Part shown: piece by piece, positions 1 to 9,831 of the stretch
Numbering within the stretch: position 1 is the first letter of the stretch
Layout of the letters: each line of letters starts with the position of its first letter
NCBI GenBank assembly: GCA_903835075.1
Contig: CAILLM010000004.1
Location: forward strand, 144,532 to 208,531
Origin: Candidatus Staskawiczbacteria bacterium
GTDB lineage: Bacteria > Patescibacteriota > Minisyncoccia > Minisyncoccales > Staskawiczbacteraceae
DNA: 64,000 bases
Direction: 5' to 3'
Program-made: the position numbers and the translations under genes
The notes under the pieces: model-generated
The model's database searches: none
What the model was told of the DNA's origin: nothing
The model's input: only the letters and a program-made list of their open reading frames with translations

Positions 1-750
1 TCCGGTAGCATCCATAAGAGGATAGTTGCAAAAGATACCATTTCGCCTTTTAGCTTCAATATCCTTTTTAAAACGCATAATAACGGAATCTTCATGCAGT
101 AATGTTCCCAATAAAACAACTCGTAAATTTTCTAAGTCTCCAGCGGGTATGGCATCTTCAGTCAGCCATGAGTAAGTTTGATTTCGCCCATCAATAGTTC
201 TGACAGAATCACTATCCTCTATGTCGTCAACAATCAACAAATCAGGACGATATTGTTTATACCTCATACCTCTCAAACTTTGTTCTGCTGAAGCAAATGT
301 TATTTGTGCATCATACTTTGAAAGCACAATTGAAGTACCCCATTGAGAATCTTCGGTTTTTAACGGGCCTAAGTCATTTTTGAGAAGAATGTTACTTTCT
401 AACTCTTTTCTCATATTCATAAAATGTTGCTTGGCCTTTAGTTGAGTTCGACTTGCTATAACAACAAATTTCATTTTAGGTTCGCCAAGAACTGACCATA
501 TGGATAGGGCAGTGTTCATAATGGTGGACTTTGCACTATTACGTGCACCCATTATGACAATAGTTTTATTATTCTCATCCTGAGCCAGATTAAACATTTC
601 GAAATGAAAATCTGCAAAAGGATATTTTATATAGTGACCGAGGTAAGCGCCAAAGAACAGTTTAAAGCTTTGAGTAGCCAAAACTTTTCTCACCTTTTGA
701 TCTTTGACCATAATTTCTATGATCGCTTGAATTTCTTTTTCTGTTTCCAT
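1..750 (-). CDS. phage terminase large subunit, N-terminal part only (gene runs off the left edge)
   Basis: Not in the ORF track. My minus-strand translation from ATG at 750-748 gives METEKEIQAIIEIMVKDQ...VIMGARNSAKSTIM (Walker A-like)...RPDLLIVDDIED (Walker B-like)...LLGTLLHEDS. It lies directly downstream of the small HTH gene. Confidence 0.7.
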   Translation of the reverse strand, partial: METEKEIQAIIEIMVKDQKVRKVLATQSFKLFFGAYLGHYIKYPFADFHFEMFNLAQDENNKTIVIMGARNSAKSTIMNTALSIWSVLGEPKMKFVVIASRTQLKAKQHFMNMRKELESNILLKNDLGPLKTEDSQWGTSIVLSKYDAQITFASAEQSLRGMRYKQYRPDLLIVDDIEDSDSVRTIDGRNQTYSWLTEDAIPAGDLENLRVVLLGTLLHEDSVIMRFKKDIEAKRRNGIFCNYPLMDATG

Positions 751-757
751 GTTTTTA

Positions 758-1174
758 TTATTCATTAATATTATTTTTTGATACTAACTCAAGTGCTCGT
801 CGCACTAACGCTTCCTGCTCCGGAGATAGAACCATCTCCTGTTCAACGTGAGCGGTTATCTGAAGCTTGTTTGTATAATCTTCGTGGTGGTTTTCTAACC
901 AAAATTTTATAGCTGTCAGATTTTTATCCTTTATGGCGGAAATAAGCTGGGCGATGGCGATATCGCTGATGAGGCTGTTGCCTTCATCTAAAGATTTTTC
1001 TACGTTTTGTGAAAACTCTTTATCAGCTTCTTTCCAGCGATAAAATGTTGCTTTGCTTATGCCGGAGTGTTCTATGGCAATTTGAATTACCGGATTCTTC
1101 TGCAAAATTTCAAGGAATTTTTGTTTTTCCTTTTTAATCCGCTTATTAACTGTTTTCCTTTGTTGTTCTTTCAT
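758..1174 (-). CDS. small helix-turn-helix protein, terminase small-subunit-like
   Basis: 138 aa; HTH-like segment IAIEHSGISKATFYRWKE; located immediately upstream of TerL and overlapping the methylase gene end. Confidence 0.45.
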   Translation of the reverse strand: MKEQQRKTVNKRIKKEKQKFLEILQKNPVIQIAIEHSGISKATFYRWKEADKEFSQNVEKSLDEGNSLISDIAIAQLISAIKDKNLTAIKFWLENHHEDYTNKLQITAHVEQEMVLSPEQEALVRRALELVSKNNINE

Positions 1175-2483
1175 TGATTTTTGTGGCCTTACAGCCTGTT
1201 AATTTTTCGAGTCTTCGCAACGCAACGGTTGCATATACGTTCGACTTTTCCATTAAATAGCATCTGCGATGCATTTTTATGGCTGCAGCCCCCGTGGATC
1301 CACTACCACAGAAAGGTTCAACTATTAAATCTCCTCGTTTAGTCATCACCTTTATGTATGGAATTAATATTTCTGTGGGCTTGGTTCCGAAGATTATTCC
1401 CTGACCCGAGCTTTTCTTATCTGCCGCCTTATACTCAATAAAATCAGTTGGGCAATATTTTTTACCCTTGCCATAACTTTCCCAGTGCGGAGAACCAGAA
1501 GTCGCGAATAATGCGGTTTCATATTCGCTTTGTAGTAATTCATCTTTTTCTGGTTCGGTATTTAGCGCAATTTCCCCAGAATTACCCACGATAGCGAAGT
1601 CATGTTTATTAAATAGCTTGTACTTTGCTGAAAATCCCTGAACGCGATTTGGAATGTGCCAAATAATTGTATTTCGGTATTTCCAGTGTGCTTCAAGTGC
1701 GTTCCAAATAGTGCGAAGATTTTTTGGATTTTCAAAAATGATAATTGAAAAGTTTGGTTTTTGCACCTTTGCTATATTAGTCATCCATAAACCAGAGAAG
1801 TTATCGGGTAAGGATTCGGTTCCAAGATAAATGCGGTCACGTTTTAATCCAAACCCTTCAGTGACTTTGCCATTCTTTTTTTTCTTCCCCTTTAAATAAT
1901 CTAATATATATGGCGGATCGGTGAAGCACATGTCCGCTTTCTCATTACCCATTAGGGTTAGAACGTCTTCTTCATTGAGACTACTGCCACACATCAAGCG
2001 ATTGTCTCCAATTTGCCAAACGTCACCTTCTTTAATTTCAATTTTCTTGATGTCCAAACTTTTAAGTTCTTTTTCCAGGTCAAACTTTTCAGGGACATCT
2101 TCAATAGCGAAAATATTATCTAATTCCTCGCTTGAGAAGCCGATTTCAGATAAGAATTCTTCTCCAAAATCTTTTAAGATATCCCAGTTCCATTCTCCGT
2201 TTTGACGATTATCTCGGAGCATTATTTCTTTTTGACGTTCTTCGGAGATATCCATAACACAAACAGGAACTTCTTTCATTCCTATTTGTTTGGCGGCAAG
2301 ATATCTTTGGTTTCCTGCGAATATTATTCCTTGCTTATTGCAGAGGATAGGTCTGGTTTCAAAATAATCCGGGTTATTTTTTACTGATTCACAGAGTATT
2401 TTAAACTCGTGGTCTTTAATAAGCCTCGGGTTGTTAGGATGAACCCGCAAATCCTTTACTGACGTGTATTTTATTTTTTGCAT
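1146..2483 (-). CDS. ParB-like nuclease domain fused to an N6-adenine/N4-cytosine DNA methyltransferase
   Basis: 445 aa. The N-terminus is ParB-like (LRVHPNNPRLI...IIFAGNQRYLAAKQIG). Motif IV is FTDPPY and AdoMet motif I is EPFCGSGSTGAAA near the C-terminus (beta-class order). Confidence 0.85.
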   Translation of the reverse strand: MQKIKYTSVKDLRVHPNNPRLIKDHEFKILCESVKNNPDYFETRPILCNKQGIIFAGNQRYLAAKQIGMKEVPVCVMDISEERQKEIMLRDNRQNGEWNWDILKDFGEEFLSEIGFSSEELDNIFAIEDVPEKFDLEKELKSLDIKKIEIKEGDVWQIGDNRLMCGSSLNEEDVLTLMGNEKADMCFTDPPYILDYLKGKKKKNGKVTEGFGLKRDRIYLGTESLPDNFSGLWMTNIAKVQKPNFSIIIFENPKNLRTIWNALEAHWKYRNTIIWHIPNRVQGFSAKYKLFNKHDFAIVGNSGEIALNTEPEKDELLQSEYETALFATSGSPHWESYGKGKKYCPTDFIEYKAADKKSSGQGIIFGTKPTEILIPYIKVMTKRGDLIVEPFCGSGSTGAAAIKMHRRCYLMEKSNVYATVALRRLEKLTGCKATKINERTTKENS

Positions 2484-2510
2484 GGTATCTAAATTATGTT
2501 AATAAAAAAA

Positions 2511-2731
2511 CCAAGCAGTAGTGATATCAGCAACAAAACCTAAGTGACAAATAGTCACACGTTGTTGCTCATACTTTGTTGCTTGGATAACTTAGGTCCG
2601 GTCAGACCCAGATGAAATCCGGTTCAAACATAGACTGATCGGGTTCAGTTGATTTTTAAACCACTTCCTACCCCGGTTTCTATATTTGCAGAATAGATAT
2701 GATTCTCGTTGGTTTTGCCGTCGAGTTTTTT
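2511..2731. ncRNA. candidate structured RNA or regulatory element in a 460-bp divergent intergenic region
   Basis: Nested complementary segments: CCAAGCA 2511-2517/TGCTTGG 2580-2586; AGCAACAA 2529-2536/TTGTTGCT 2562-2569; GTGAC/GTCAC hairpin 2544-2558. A crossing pair ACCTAAGT 2538-2545/ACTTAGGT 2590-2597 is pseudoknot-like. A hairpin plus T6 lies at 2705-2731. Local GC is higher than in the flanks. Confidence 0.3.
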
Positions 2732-2942
2732 GCATCTAATCACGATTGCCTTTACCTTGGCAAGCGGTTATACGTCGCCCAGGATGTTCTAAAGTACCGC
2801 TTTAGAGTTCACCACAAAAGGGGAGTATTAGCTTGATTATAACGTGCTCCAAAATCCGTGTCAAACACCGATTTCATTTTCTTGTCAATACTTATTAATG
2901 CTTGTAACGATTTAGCTCTATTTCTTTAAATTTTTAATTTTT

Positions 2943-3674
2943 ATGATATATAATTTATATATGAGTTATCCACAGGTAATTAAAACTTTAAATAAGCTAC
3001 TACGCAGCAAAAAACCGGAAAAATTTACCAGTTCCTGGATTTTAGAAAATAGCCCGACGGCATATCGGTTTATTTATAAAAATGTCAGAACTGAAAATAA
3101 CCATATTGATTGGGATAAGGTAGTTTCTTCATTAAACAGGAGTCTTCAGAGTAAATGGGTTCCACCAAGGTATAAGCCAAAAGTAATAAATTTCTATAGA
3201 AATAAAAAAGAGGTTGAGGTAATTATTAAAAAATATCAACCCAAGCTCTATGTTTTTATTACTATTCTTAATAAGGAAGACGATATTTTAAGAAACAACA
3301 TTATTGTATCTTTAGTAAGAATTGCTCAAAGAGGAAACCGACGAGCTGAGGAGAAACTTACTTTTTTCTTAAAACAAATAATACAAGAGTGGCTTGAAAA
3401 GTATTCGCGACTGTCAAGATGGGTTGGACATACTGATCAATTAGATTTAAAAATTAAACATTGTATTTATTGGTATAGATTTACGGGCTCGTTCCTTGGC
3501 TATCTTTATAAAACGTTGGAGTATTCTGCATGGGCACTAAAAGATTACCAAGGATTTTCTTTAGATAGCTATATCCCAGGCACTACGCTAACTATGGCCG
3601 ATACCTTAACCAAAGATCCGCAAAGCGGTAGGGTGGTGCGGGCTAGGGATATCGGATTTTACTATTTCCATTAG
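2943..3674 (+). CDS. hypothetical protein (weak resemblance to sigma-70 region 2)
   Basis: 243-aa ORF. The segment RRAEEKLTFFLKQIIQEWLEKYSR...FTGSFLGYLYKTLEYSAW loosely recalls sigma region 2. No firm family assignment. Confidence 0.5.
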   Translation: MIYNLYMSYPQVIKTLNKLLRSKKPEKFTSSWILENSPTAYRFIYKNVRTENNHIDWDKVVSSLNRSLQSKWVPPRYKPKVINFYRNKKEVEVIIKKYQPKLYVFITILNKEDDILRNNIIVSLVRIAQRGNRRAEEKLTFFLKQIIQEWLEKYSRLSRWVGHTDQLDLKIKHCIYWYRFTGSFLGYLYKTLEYSAWALKDYQGFSLDSYIPGTTLTMADTLTKDPQSGRVVRARDIGFYYFH

Positions 3675-3791
3675 ATTTCTTAATATCATCTCTATTTCTG
3701 ACATGATAAAATAAAATTGATAAATGCTTGATTATTTATGGTTTTTGTGTCATAAATAATAATTATAATAATCATTTAAAATAAACAGTAA

Positions 3792-4775
3792 ATGGCATCA
3801 AATTCACGATTTAATGGTTCCAAAGATGATTTATTGCAAGTTTTTAACCTTTATGGGTTGAAAGTTTCAGGTATTCGATGTTTTAAAGATGGAATAATAA
3901 ATACATCTTATTGCCTTGATATAGAAGATGGATCAAAACTAGTGTTAAGAGTATATCAAAACGGTGACAAGAGTAGTGATGCCATTGGAAAAGAGTTGGA
4001 TTTCATGGAAAAAATGAATAATTCCGGCATTCCGGTTCCTTCAGTTATGAATAATGAAAATAGGGGGAAAATGACCATTTTTAGCGACTCTAATGGGAAA
4101 GAATGGCGAGCCATCATTATGACCTTTGCGGATGGGAGACACCTTAAGCCGGATGATCTTGATATTATTCCCGAATTTGCTACTTATCAGGCGAAAATGC
4201 ATTTATGTTCTGCCAAACTCAATAAAAATTCTGATGTGTCAAACTTTAAGGTTATGGTTGATTGGATGGACAAAGAATTTAAGGAGACAAAATCAAAAGG
4301 AATAAGCGAAGAAACATTTATAAAAATAGAAAATATATATACCGAACTAAAACAGGATATAGAATTAAATTACGAAAGTATACTGGAATTACCATTCGGA
4401 GACGTTCACTTGGATTATGATAGCGATAACATTATTGTGAGCGATGGTAAAATAAAGGCCATCTTAGATTTCGATGATATTTCTATGCAACCATTTATTT
4501 TAGATAGCGCAAATTCAATTTGGTGGTGGCTATTTAATAATAAAAAAGAGAAATATAAAGATATATTACAAAGTTATTTTAGCAGTTATAAAACAATAAG
4601 GGAAATTTCGGAAAAAGAATATAAATTATTAGGTTTATTTATGAGAATGAGAAATTTAACTTTAATATGTCTTCTTTATGTAAATATATCCGAAGAAACT
4701 AATTATATGGGAATTAATGAGGGTTTCAATTTGGATCCTTTATTAAAATCATTATATGGATTTTATTCCTTTTAA
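3792..4775 (+). CDS. aminoglycoside/choline-kinase family phosphotransferase (APH-like)
   Basis: 327 aa; catalytic-loop-like VHLDYDSDNIIV (HxDxxxxN) followed by ILDFDD (DFD). Confidence 0.8.
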   Translation: MASNSRFNGSKDDLLQVFNLYGLKVSGIRCFKDGIINTSYCLDIEDGSKLVLRVYQNGDKSSDAIGKELDFMEKMNNSGIPVPSVMNNENRGKMTIFSDSNGKEWRAIIMTFADGRHLKPDDLDIIPEFATYQAKMHLCSAKLNKNSDVSNFKVMVDWMDKEFKETKSKGISEETFIKIENIYTELKQDIELNYESILELPFGDVHLDYDSDNIIVSDGKIKAILDFDDISMQPFILDSANSIWWWLFNNKKEKYKDILQSYFSSYKTIREISEKEYKLLGLFMRMRNLTLICLLYVNISEETNYMGINEGFNLDPLLKSLYGFYSF

Positions 4776-5892
4776 TAAAACTTATGTACCAAGCGAAGCC
4801 AACGATTTAATCGCTGATGTTTTAATGTCCGGATGGATTACTACGGGGCCAAAAACAAAGGAGTTTGAAAAAGAATTTTTAGAAGTTATTGGAAGTAGTA
4901 ATGAGGCAATCGCTGTATCCTCTGGAACAGCTGCCCTACATCTAGCCTATATTGTATCTGGCATAAGGTCTGGAGACGAGGTTATCGTGCCAAGTTTTAC
5001 ATTTTGCTCTACTATAAATATGCTTGTCCATTTGGGCGCTAAGCCAATCTTTTGTGATATATCAGAAAATTCTTTGTGCATAGATCCAAACGATATAAGT
5101 AAAAAGATAACAAGTAAAACGAAGGCTATAGTAGTAGTTCATTATGCAGGATATCCATGCGAAATGGATAAGATTAATAAAATCGCGGAAGAACATAAAT
5201 TAATCGTTATAGAAGATGCCGCACATGCATTTCTTACAAAATATAATGGGAGTTACATAGGTTCAGGGAATAACATCACTTGTTTTAGTTTTTATGCGAC
5301 AAAGAACCTAACAACAGCCGAGGGTGGCATGGTTGTCTGTGCGGACAAGAAAAAGTCAGAAAGGATTAGAATGTTATCTATGCATGGAATTTCTAAAGAT
5401 GGATGGAATAGATATTCTGAAGTAGGAAAATGGAGATATGATGTAATTGAACCAGGCTACAAATATAATATGACTGATGTTCATGCATGTATCGGCCTTT
5501 CTCAATTAAAATATTACAATAAATCTAATTTAAGGAGAGTTGAAATAGCTGCAAAATATAAAGAAATTTTGTCTAGAAATCCATATATCATACTGCCCCC
5601 TGATCCGGTCGATAAAAACAGCAAACATGCATGGCATTTATTCGCGATTAGGGTTAGTGGTAATTCGCCCATTAGTAGGGACAATTTGATTATAAAACTC
5701 AAGGAATTTAATATTGGCACGAGCGTTCATTTTATCCCGAATCATCAGCAAAGCTTTTATAAAGATTCAACAATAATTTTGCCAGTCACAGAAAAAGTCG
5801 GTGATACTATCCTGTCTTTGCCTATGTATGAACTACTAACAGATAAAGAAATTATTTATATATCTGATACTATAAATCAGATTCTAAAATAA
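4756..5892 (+). CDS. DegT/DnrJ/EryC1/StrS-family PLP-dependent sugar aminotransferase
   Basis: 378 aa; SSGTAALHLAY, DAAHAF, and SFYATKNLTTAEGG carrying the PLP lysine; overlaps the upstream gene. Confidence 0.9.
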   Translation: MDFIPFNKTYVPSEANDLIADVLMSGWITTGPKTKEFEKEFLEVIGSSNEAIAVSSGTAALHLAYIVSGIRSGDEVIVPSFTFCSTINMLVHLGAKPIFCDISENSLCIDPNDISKKITSKTKAIVVVHYAGYPCEMDKINKIAEEHKLIVIEDAAHAFLTKYNGSYIGSGNNITCFSFYATKNLTTAEGGMVVCADKKKSERIRMLSMHGISKDGWNRYSEVGKWRYDVIEPGYKYNMTDVHACIGLSQLKYYNKSNLRRVEIAAKYKEILSRNPYIILPPDPVDKNSKHAWHLFAIRVSGNSPISRDNLIIKLKEFNIGTSVHFIPNHQQSFYKDSTIILPVTEKVGDTILSLPMYELLTDKEIIYISDTINQILK

Positions 5893-6878
5893 TGTTTAAA
5901 AAAAGAAAAGAAAAAATATTGATTACCGGCGGTTCTGGCTTTATCGCAACCCATCTGATTAAATATCTGCAAACTTTCGATAAATATGAAATTACTGTTT
6001 TAGATATCGTTCCTCCGAAAACAGAAAATGTAAAATTCATCCAGGCGAGCATTTCAGACCTGTCAAAGATTGAACCAATTTTAAATGACATCGATTATGT
6101 TTTTAATTTTGCCGCGATGATAGGCGTTGATAACTGCGCTAATAACCCGGATGCAGTTATGCAGGTTAATTACGTAGATACTAAAAACCTTTTCGATTTA
6201 TGTGTAAAAAAATGCATAAAAAAGATTATTTTTACTTCCTCCTCGGAAGTATACGGAAATTCAGAAGATATACCATATAAAGAGAACGCTATACTGCAAC
6301 CGATTTCTACTTATGCAAAATGTAAGATGATGATCGAGGGTTATCTGATGGGGATATCCAAGACTACTAAAATAAAAGTTGGAATAGTAAGATTCTTTAA
6401 TGTATATGGTCTTGGTCAGAAAGATGATTTTGTTTCTAGTATTTTCGTAAAAGCTGCTTTGACTAATGAGCCGTTAGTCATATTTGGCGACGGACAGCAA
6501 TCAAGATGTTTTACTTATGTAGACGATGCCGTAAAAGGAGTTTACAGTTTATTTAAATATAATAAATCTCCATACGAAATAGTTAATATTGGTAGTAAAT
6601 TTGAATCTACGATCGAAAATTTAGCAAAAATTGTTTTGAGCTCCATTCCAGAGTCTAAATCAAAAATAGTTTTTAAAAATTATGGTATTGATAACGTTAG
6701 GGAGTCATACCTAGAGATAAAGAGAAGAATACCATTTACTGATAAGGCTAACAGATTACTAGGTTTTGAAGCTGTTACGAGTATAGAGGATGGAGTTAAA
6801 AATATTGCATTTAGTTATGTAAAAGAAATAAATACCCATGATTATTTCGAAGATGGAAGAATATTATCCTCCAATTAA
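5892..6878 (+). CDS. NAD-dependent sugar epimerase/dehydratase (extended SDR)
   Basis: 328 aa; Rossmann motif ITGGSGFIATHL; catalytic YAKCK (YxxxK); start abuts the stop of the upstream gene. Confidence 0.85.
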   Translation: MFKKRKEKILITGGSGFIATHLIKYLQTFDKYEITVLDIVPPKTENVKFIQASISDLSKIEPILNDIDYVFNFAAMIGVDNCANNPDAVMQVNYVDTKNLFDLCVKKCIKKIIFTSSSEVYGNSEDIPYKENAILQPISTYAKCKMMIEGYLMGISKTTKIKVGIVRFFNVYGLGQKDDFVSSIFVKAALTNEPLVIFGDGQQSRCFTYVDDAVKGVYSLFKYNKSPYEIVNIGSKFESTIENLAKIVLSSIPESKSKIVFKNYGIDNVRESYLEIKRRIPFTDKANRLLGFEAVTSIEDGVKNIAFSYVKEINTHDYFEDGRILSSN

Positions 6879-8094
6879 AAAGTATTCTATTAAACAAATT
6901 TATCCGTGGTTGGATTGCTTGATGGATCATCTTTTTTTTATTTTTTTTATATGTACATCACCTGTTACTAAAGAGTATTTTTATGGCTATAGTCAAAAAA
7001 TAAAGAAATATTTTAGAGGCAAAGAAATATTTTTCTTGAATAGTGGAAGGTCTGCTTTAGTATTAGCGTTATCGTCTCTTGGTATAAAAAGAAAAGACAA
7101 GGTTGCTATCACAGCATTCAATTGTCCTGCAGTAATAGATTCAATATTAAATGTTGGGGCCGAGCCCATATTTGTTGATATTAATGATTGTGGTGGTTTT
7201 GATTTGAGCCATCTCAAAAAAAGTATAAGAAAGGGCGTTAAGGCGATCATCATAACTCATGTTTATGGAATAGTGGATAATATTAAAGAGATAGAGAAAA
7301 TTTGCAGAGCAGATAATGTTTTAATAATCAACGATCTTGCTCAAGTCAATTCTTTTTTCTCAAAAGATATAAATGAATTTGGCAGTGTCCAAATATACAG
7401 TTTTGGGCCCGAAAAGCCTATTTTTAGCTTAAATATAGGCATAATAACAACAAAGGAGGAAAACATAGCAACTAAAATATCTGAAAATTACACCCAGAAG
7501 ACAGTATCGTCAGCGGATTTAGCCAGTATATTTATTAATCGATGGAAATATTATTTCACTTTTTTTGTTAATAAATATTTTTTTTCATTAGCCAATCTAT
7601 TTGCTAAATGTAATTTGATTTATTTGTTTAAGGATAAGAAGGAAGATGCTGATATAAATTTATACGAAAATATAATAGTAAAAAAAGCCAATCCATTCCA
7701 AATATTTTTAGCGGTGATAGGGATCGAGAAATATAGAAAAAGAATTATTAAGACCGAAGCAAACTTCATGTTACTAAAAAATAGGCTCAATGCTAAGGTT
7801 AAACTTATCGTGCCTGAGAGCTATAAAAATATCGTGCCTCATTATGCAACAATCAGGGCTGAAAAAGACAGGTTTCTCCTATCAAAATATCTTGCCGAAA
7901 ATGGCATTGCGACAGTTTGGAATTATTATCCATTGTATAAATATGCGGCATATAGTAATGTTGCTGGAAAAGAAAACTTATCTGAAACCGATAAAATTTG
8001 GAGGCAAGTTTTATCTTTACCATTTCGTTATCCGCTATCAGAGAGAAGTATTATTAGAATTGCTTATTTAGTAAATAATTTTTATGGCTATTAA
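6838..8094 (+). CDS. DegT-like aminotransferase-fold protein (divergent)
   Basis: 418 aa; FNCPAVIDSILNVGAEPIFVDIN resembles the DegT fold; YSFGPEKPIF lacks the usual GEGG; the true start may lie downstream of 6838. Confidence 0.55.
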   Translation: MIISKMEEYYPPIKKYSIKQIYPWLDCLMDHLFFIFFICTSPVTKEYFYGYSQKIKKYFRGKEIFFLNSGRSALVLALSSLGIKRKDKVAITAFNCPAVIDSILNVGAEPIFVDINDCGGFDLSHLKKSIRKGVKAIIITHVYGIVDNIKEIEKICRADNVLIINDLAQVNSFFSKDINEFGSVQIYSFGPEKPIFSLNIGIITTKEENIATKISENYTQKTVSSADLASIFINRWKYYFTFFVNKYFFSLANLFAKCNLIYLFKDKKEDADINLYENIIVKKANPFQIFLAVIGIEKYRKRIIKTEANFMLLKNRLNAKVKLIVPESYKNIVPHYATIRAEKDRFLLSKYLAENGIATVWNYYPLYKYAAYSNVAGKENLSETDKIWRQVLSLPFRYPLSERSIIRIAYLVNNFYGY

Positions 8095-8962
8095 AATAAC
8101 AAAAATCGACAATTTGAATAATGTTGATGAAAAAATCAAATCAAATATTAAGAACAACTTTTTTCTCGATCAGGACTGGTTGGAATTAGTCTCAAAAGTA
8201 TTTGATTTAGAAAATGTTTATTTGGAAATTAAATACAACGGTAGTCTTTATTATTTTTTTGCCCACATACAGAGTAGTATAATTTTATCACCTTTTATGG
8301 GTTACGCCGGTATTATTAATCCTTCAAATTTAAGTTACAATGAGTTGTTAGAAATATTTTCAGAAATAGAAGTTTTCACTGGCTCTAAAATAAAAAGGGT
8401 AAAAATGTTCCCGAATGTGAAATCTAGTAATAAGTTTCCTGAAAAGAATACTCACATTACTGTTATGTTAGAAGTATTGAATGACCAGTTAGACCAAGAA
8501 AAAAAATACAAGAAAGTTATCAGAAATTCTATTAATTATGCTAAAAGAAGTGGAATAGAGGTAAAAAATATCAGTAGTTCACAAATAAAAGATTTTTATT
8601 CAATTTACTCTGACACAATGAAAAGAGTGGGAAGCGAGTATATGACTCCATGTAAATTATTTGAAAAAATGAGCGAAATGACAAATGTTCATTTCCTAGG
8701 TGCATATCTCGACAATAAGTTGCTCGCCGGTAGTATTTTTATGATTAGTGGCGATTTTATGTTTTATTGGTGGAATTCTTCCAACGAGAAGGGAAGAGAT
8801 CTGTGTGCCAATTATCTTCTAATAGATAGTGCAATAAAGTTTGCACGAACAAAAGGAGTTAAGTATATCGACATGGCAAGTTCTAACAATGATAGAATAG
8901 AGCGAGGTAAGTTGTTGTGGGGAAGCAATAAAATTCCCTTTTTTTATTTTGATTTTAATTAA
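8084..8962 (+). CDS. FemAB-like / BioF2-like GNAT-fold acyl or aminoacyl transferase
   Basis: 292 aa; the C-terminal half (FLGAYLDNKLLAGSIFMISGDFMFYWWNSS...ANYLLIDSAIKFARTKGVKYIDM) matches the FemAB-like acetyltransferase pattern as I remember it. Confidence 0.55.
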   Translation: MAIKITKIDNLNNVDEKIKSNIKNNFFLDQDWLELVSKVFDLENVYLEIKYNGSLYYFFAHIQSSIILSPFMGYAGIINPSNLSYNELLEIFSEIEVFTGSKIKRVKMFPNVKSSNKFPEKNTHITVMLEVLNDQLDQEKKYKKVIRNSINYAKRSGIEVKNISSSQIKDFYSIYSDTMKRVGSEYMTPCKLFEKMSEMTNVHFLGAYLDNKLLAGSIFMISGDFMFYWWNSSNEKGRDLCANYLLIDSAIKFARTKGVKYIDMASSNNDRIERGKLLWGSNKIPFFYFDFN

Positions 8963-9831
8963 ATGGTTTTGATCCAATCAAGCGTTTTCTTTAGATTTGT
9001 ACGTTTTGTATAGTCTTTCTCTCCTATTTCTAACGTCATATAGATATCGCTCCAACCGGAGTCGATTTTTTTTATAATTTTCCCTAAAGTCTTTTGGTCA
9101 AAAGCACCATACTGGGGACAGACTCCTTCTTGGCAGACATTATTTATTTTTTTAAATGAGCTAAAATGAAAATGAGCAATCTTATTTTTTAGCGAACTGA
9201 AGTCTTCAAACCTTATTCTATCTGTTTTAACCAACGGAGAGATATCACTAAGCGCTTTTATAAAATAAAAAGTATAAGCCCAATGCCCGATGTCCCAAGT
9301 TATTTTAATATTTTTATATTTAAAATCGGAAAAATCTTGTGGAAAAACAAAAATCGAATCAAAATCAGTTCCGTCATTCCCAATGATCGGCATATTTTCA
9401 ATGCAAACAATAGTTTTTTTATCTTCTAAAAATTTATCTAACTTTTTGAAAAAAGTATTGAATTTTTTTCTTATTGATTCCAGTTTAGTCTTATCATATA
9501 CGTCTTCTTTCTGAATGTAATTTGAATGCAACACAACTTTTTCTATTCCAAAGCTATCGGCAACATTAATAAAATCTATAAGTTTTTGCTGAATTATAGG
9601 AGAATTTAAGTAATTGGCATTTTCTGTTGGAAAATGAAGGGCAATCATTTTCCCTTTATATTTGTCATTTACCGCAGACATATTCCTTAATATTAAATCC
9701 CAATTTTTTTTATTTTCCAGTTGCTTACAATCAAAAATAGTGCCTTCTAGAAAAAGATTATTTTTTTTAAGAAGACCAGCCGGAATTTGAGGCAATTCAG
9801 TTATCAAAAAAGGTACGGAGTATTTAATCAT
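8959..9831 (-). CDS. xylose-isomerase-like TIM-barrel protein (sugar phosphate isomerase/epimerase family)
   Basis: 290 aa; VVLHSNY, CIENM and HFHFSS are typical AP-endonuclease-2/TIM-barrel landmarks. Confidence 0.55.
   Translation of the reverse strand: MIKYSVPFLITELPQIPAGLLKKNNLFLEGTIFDCKQLENKKNWDLILRNMSAVNDKYKGKMIALHFPTENANYLNSPIIQQKLIDFINVADSFGIEKVVLHSNYIQKEDVYDKTKLESIRKKFNTFFKKLDKFLEDKKTIVCIENMPIIGNDGTDFDSIFVFPQDFSDFKYKNIKITWDIGHWAYTFYFIKALSDISPLVKTDRIRFEDFSSLKNKIAHFHFSSFKKINNVCQEGVCPQYGAFDQKTLGKIIKKIDSGWSDIYMTLEIGEKDYTKRTNLKKTLDWIKTI

Larger units (their letters stand above)
1..2483 (-). mobile_element. edge of a prophage or phage-derived island: packaging module (TerL, small HTH protein, ParB-methyltransferase); continues left of the window
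   Basis: Three co-oriented, overlapping or abutting minus-strand genes with phage-typical functions; the right boundary is not defined. Confidence 0.55.

Noticed and set aside
2484-2942. tRNA, tmRNA or RNase P RNA gene as a prophage attachment site in the structured spacer
   Set aside because: I could not fold an acceptor/T-arm with a GGTTCGA-type loop, a tmRNA tag frame ending in a tRNA-like 3' end, or the RNase P GGAAAGTCCGG core on either strand.
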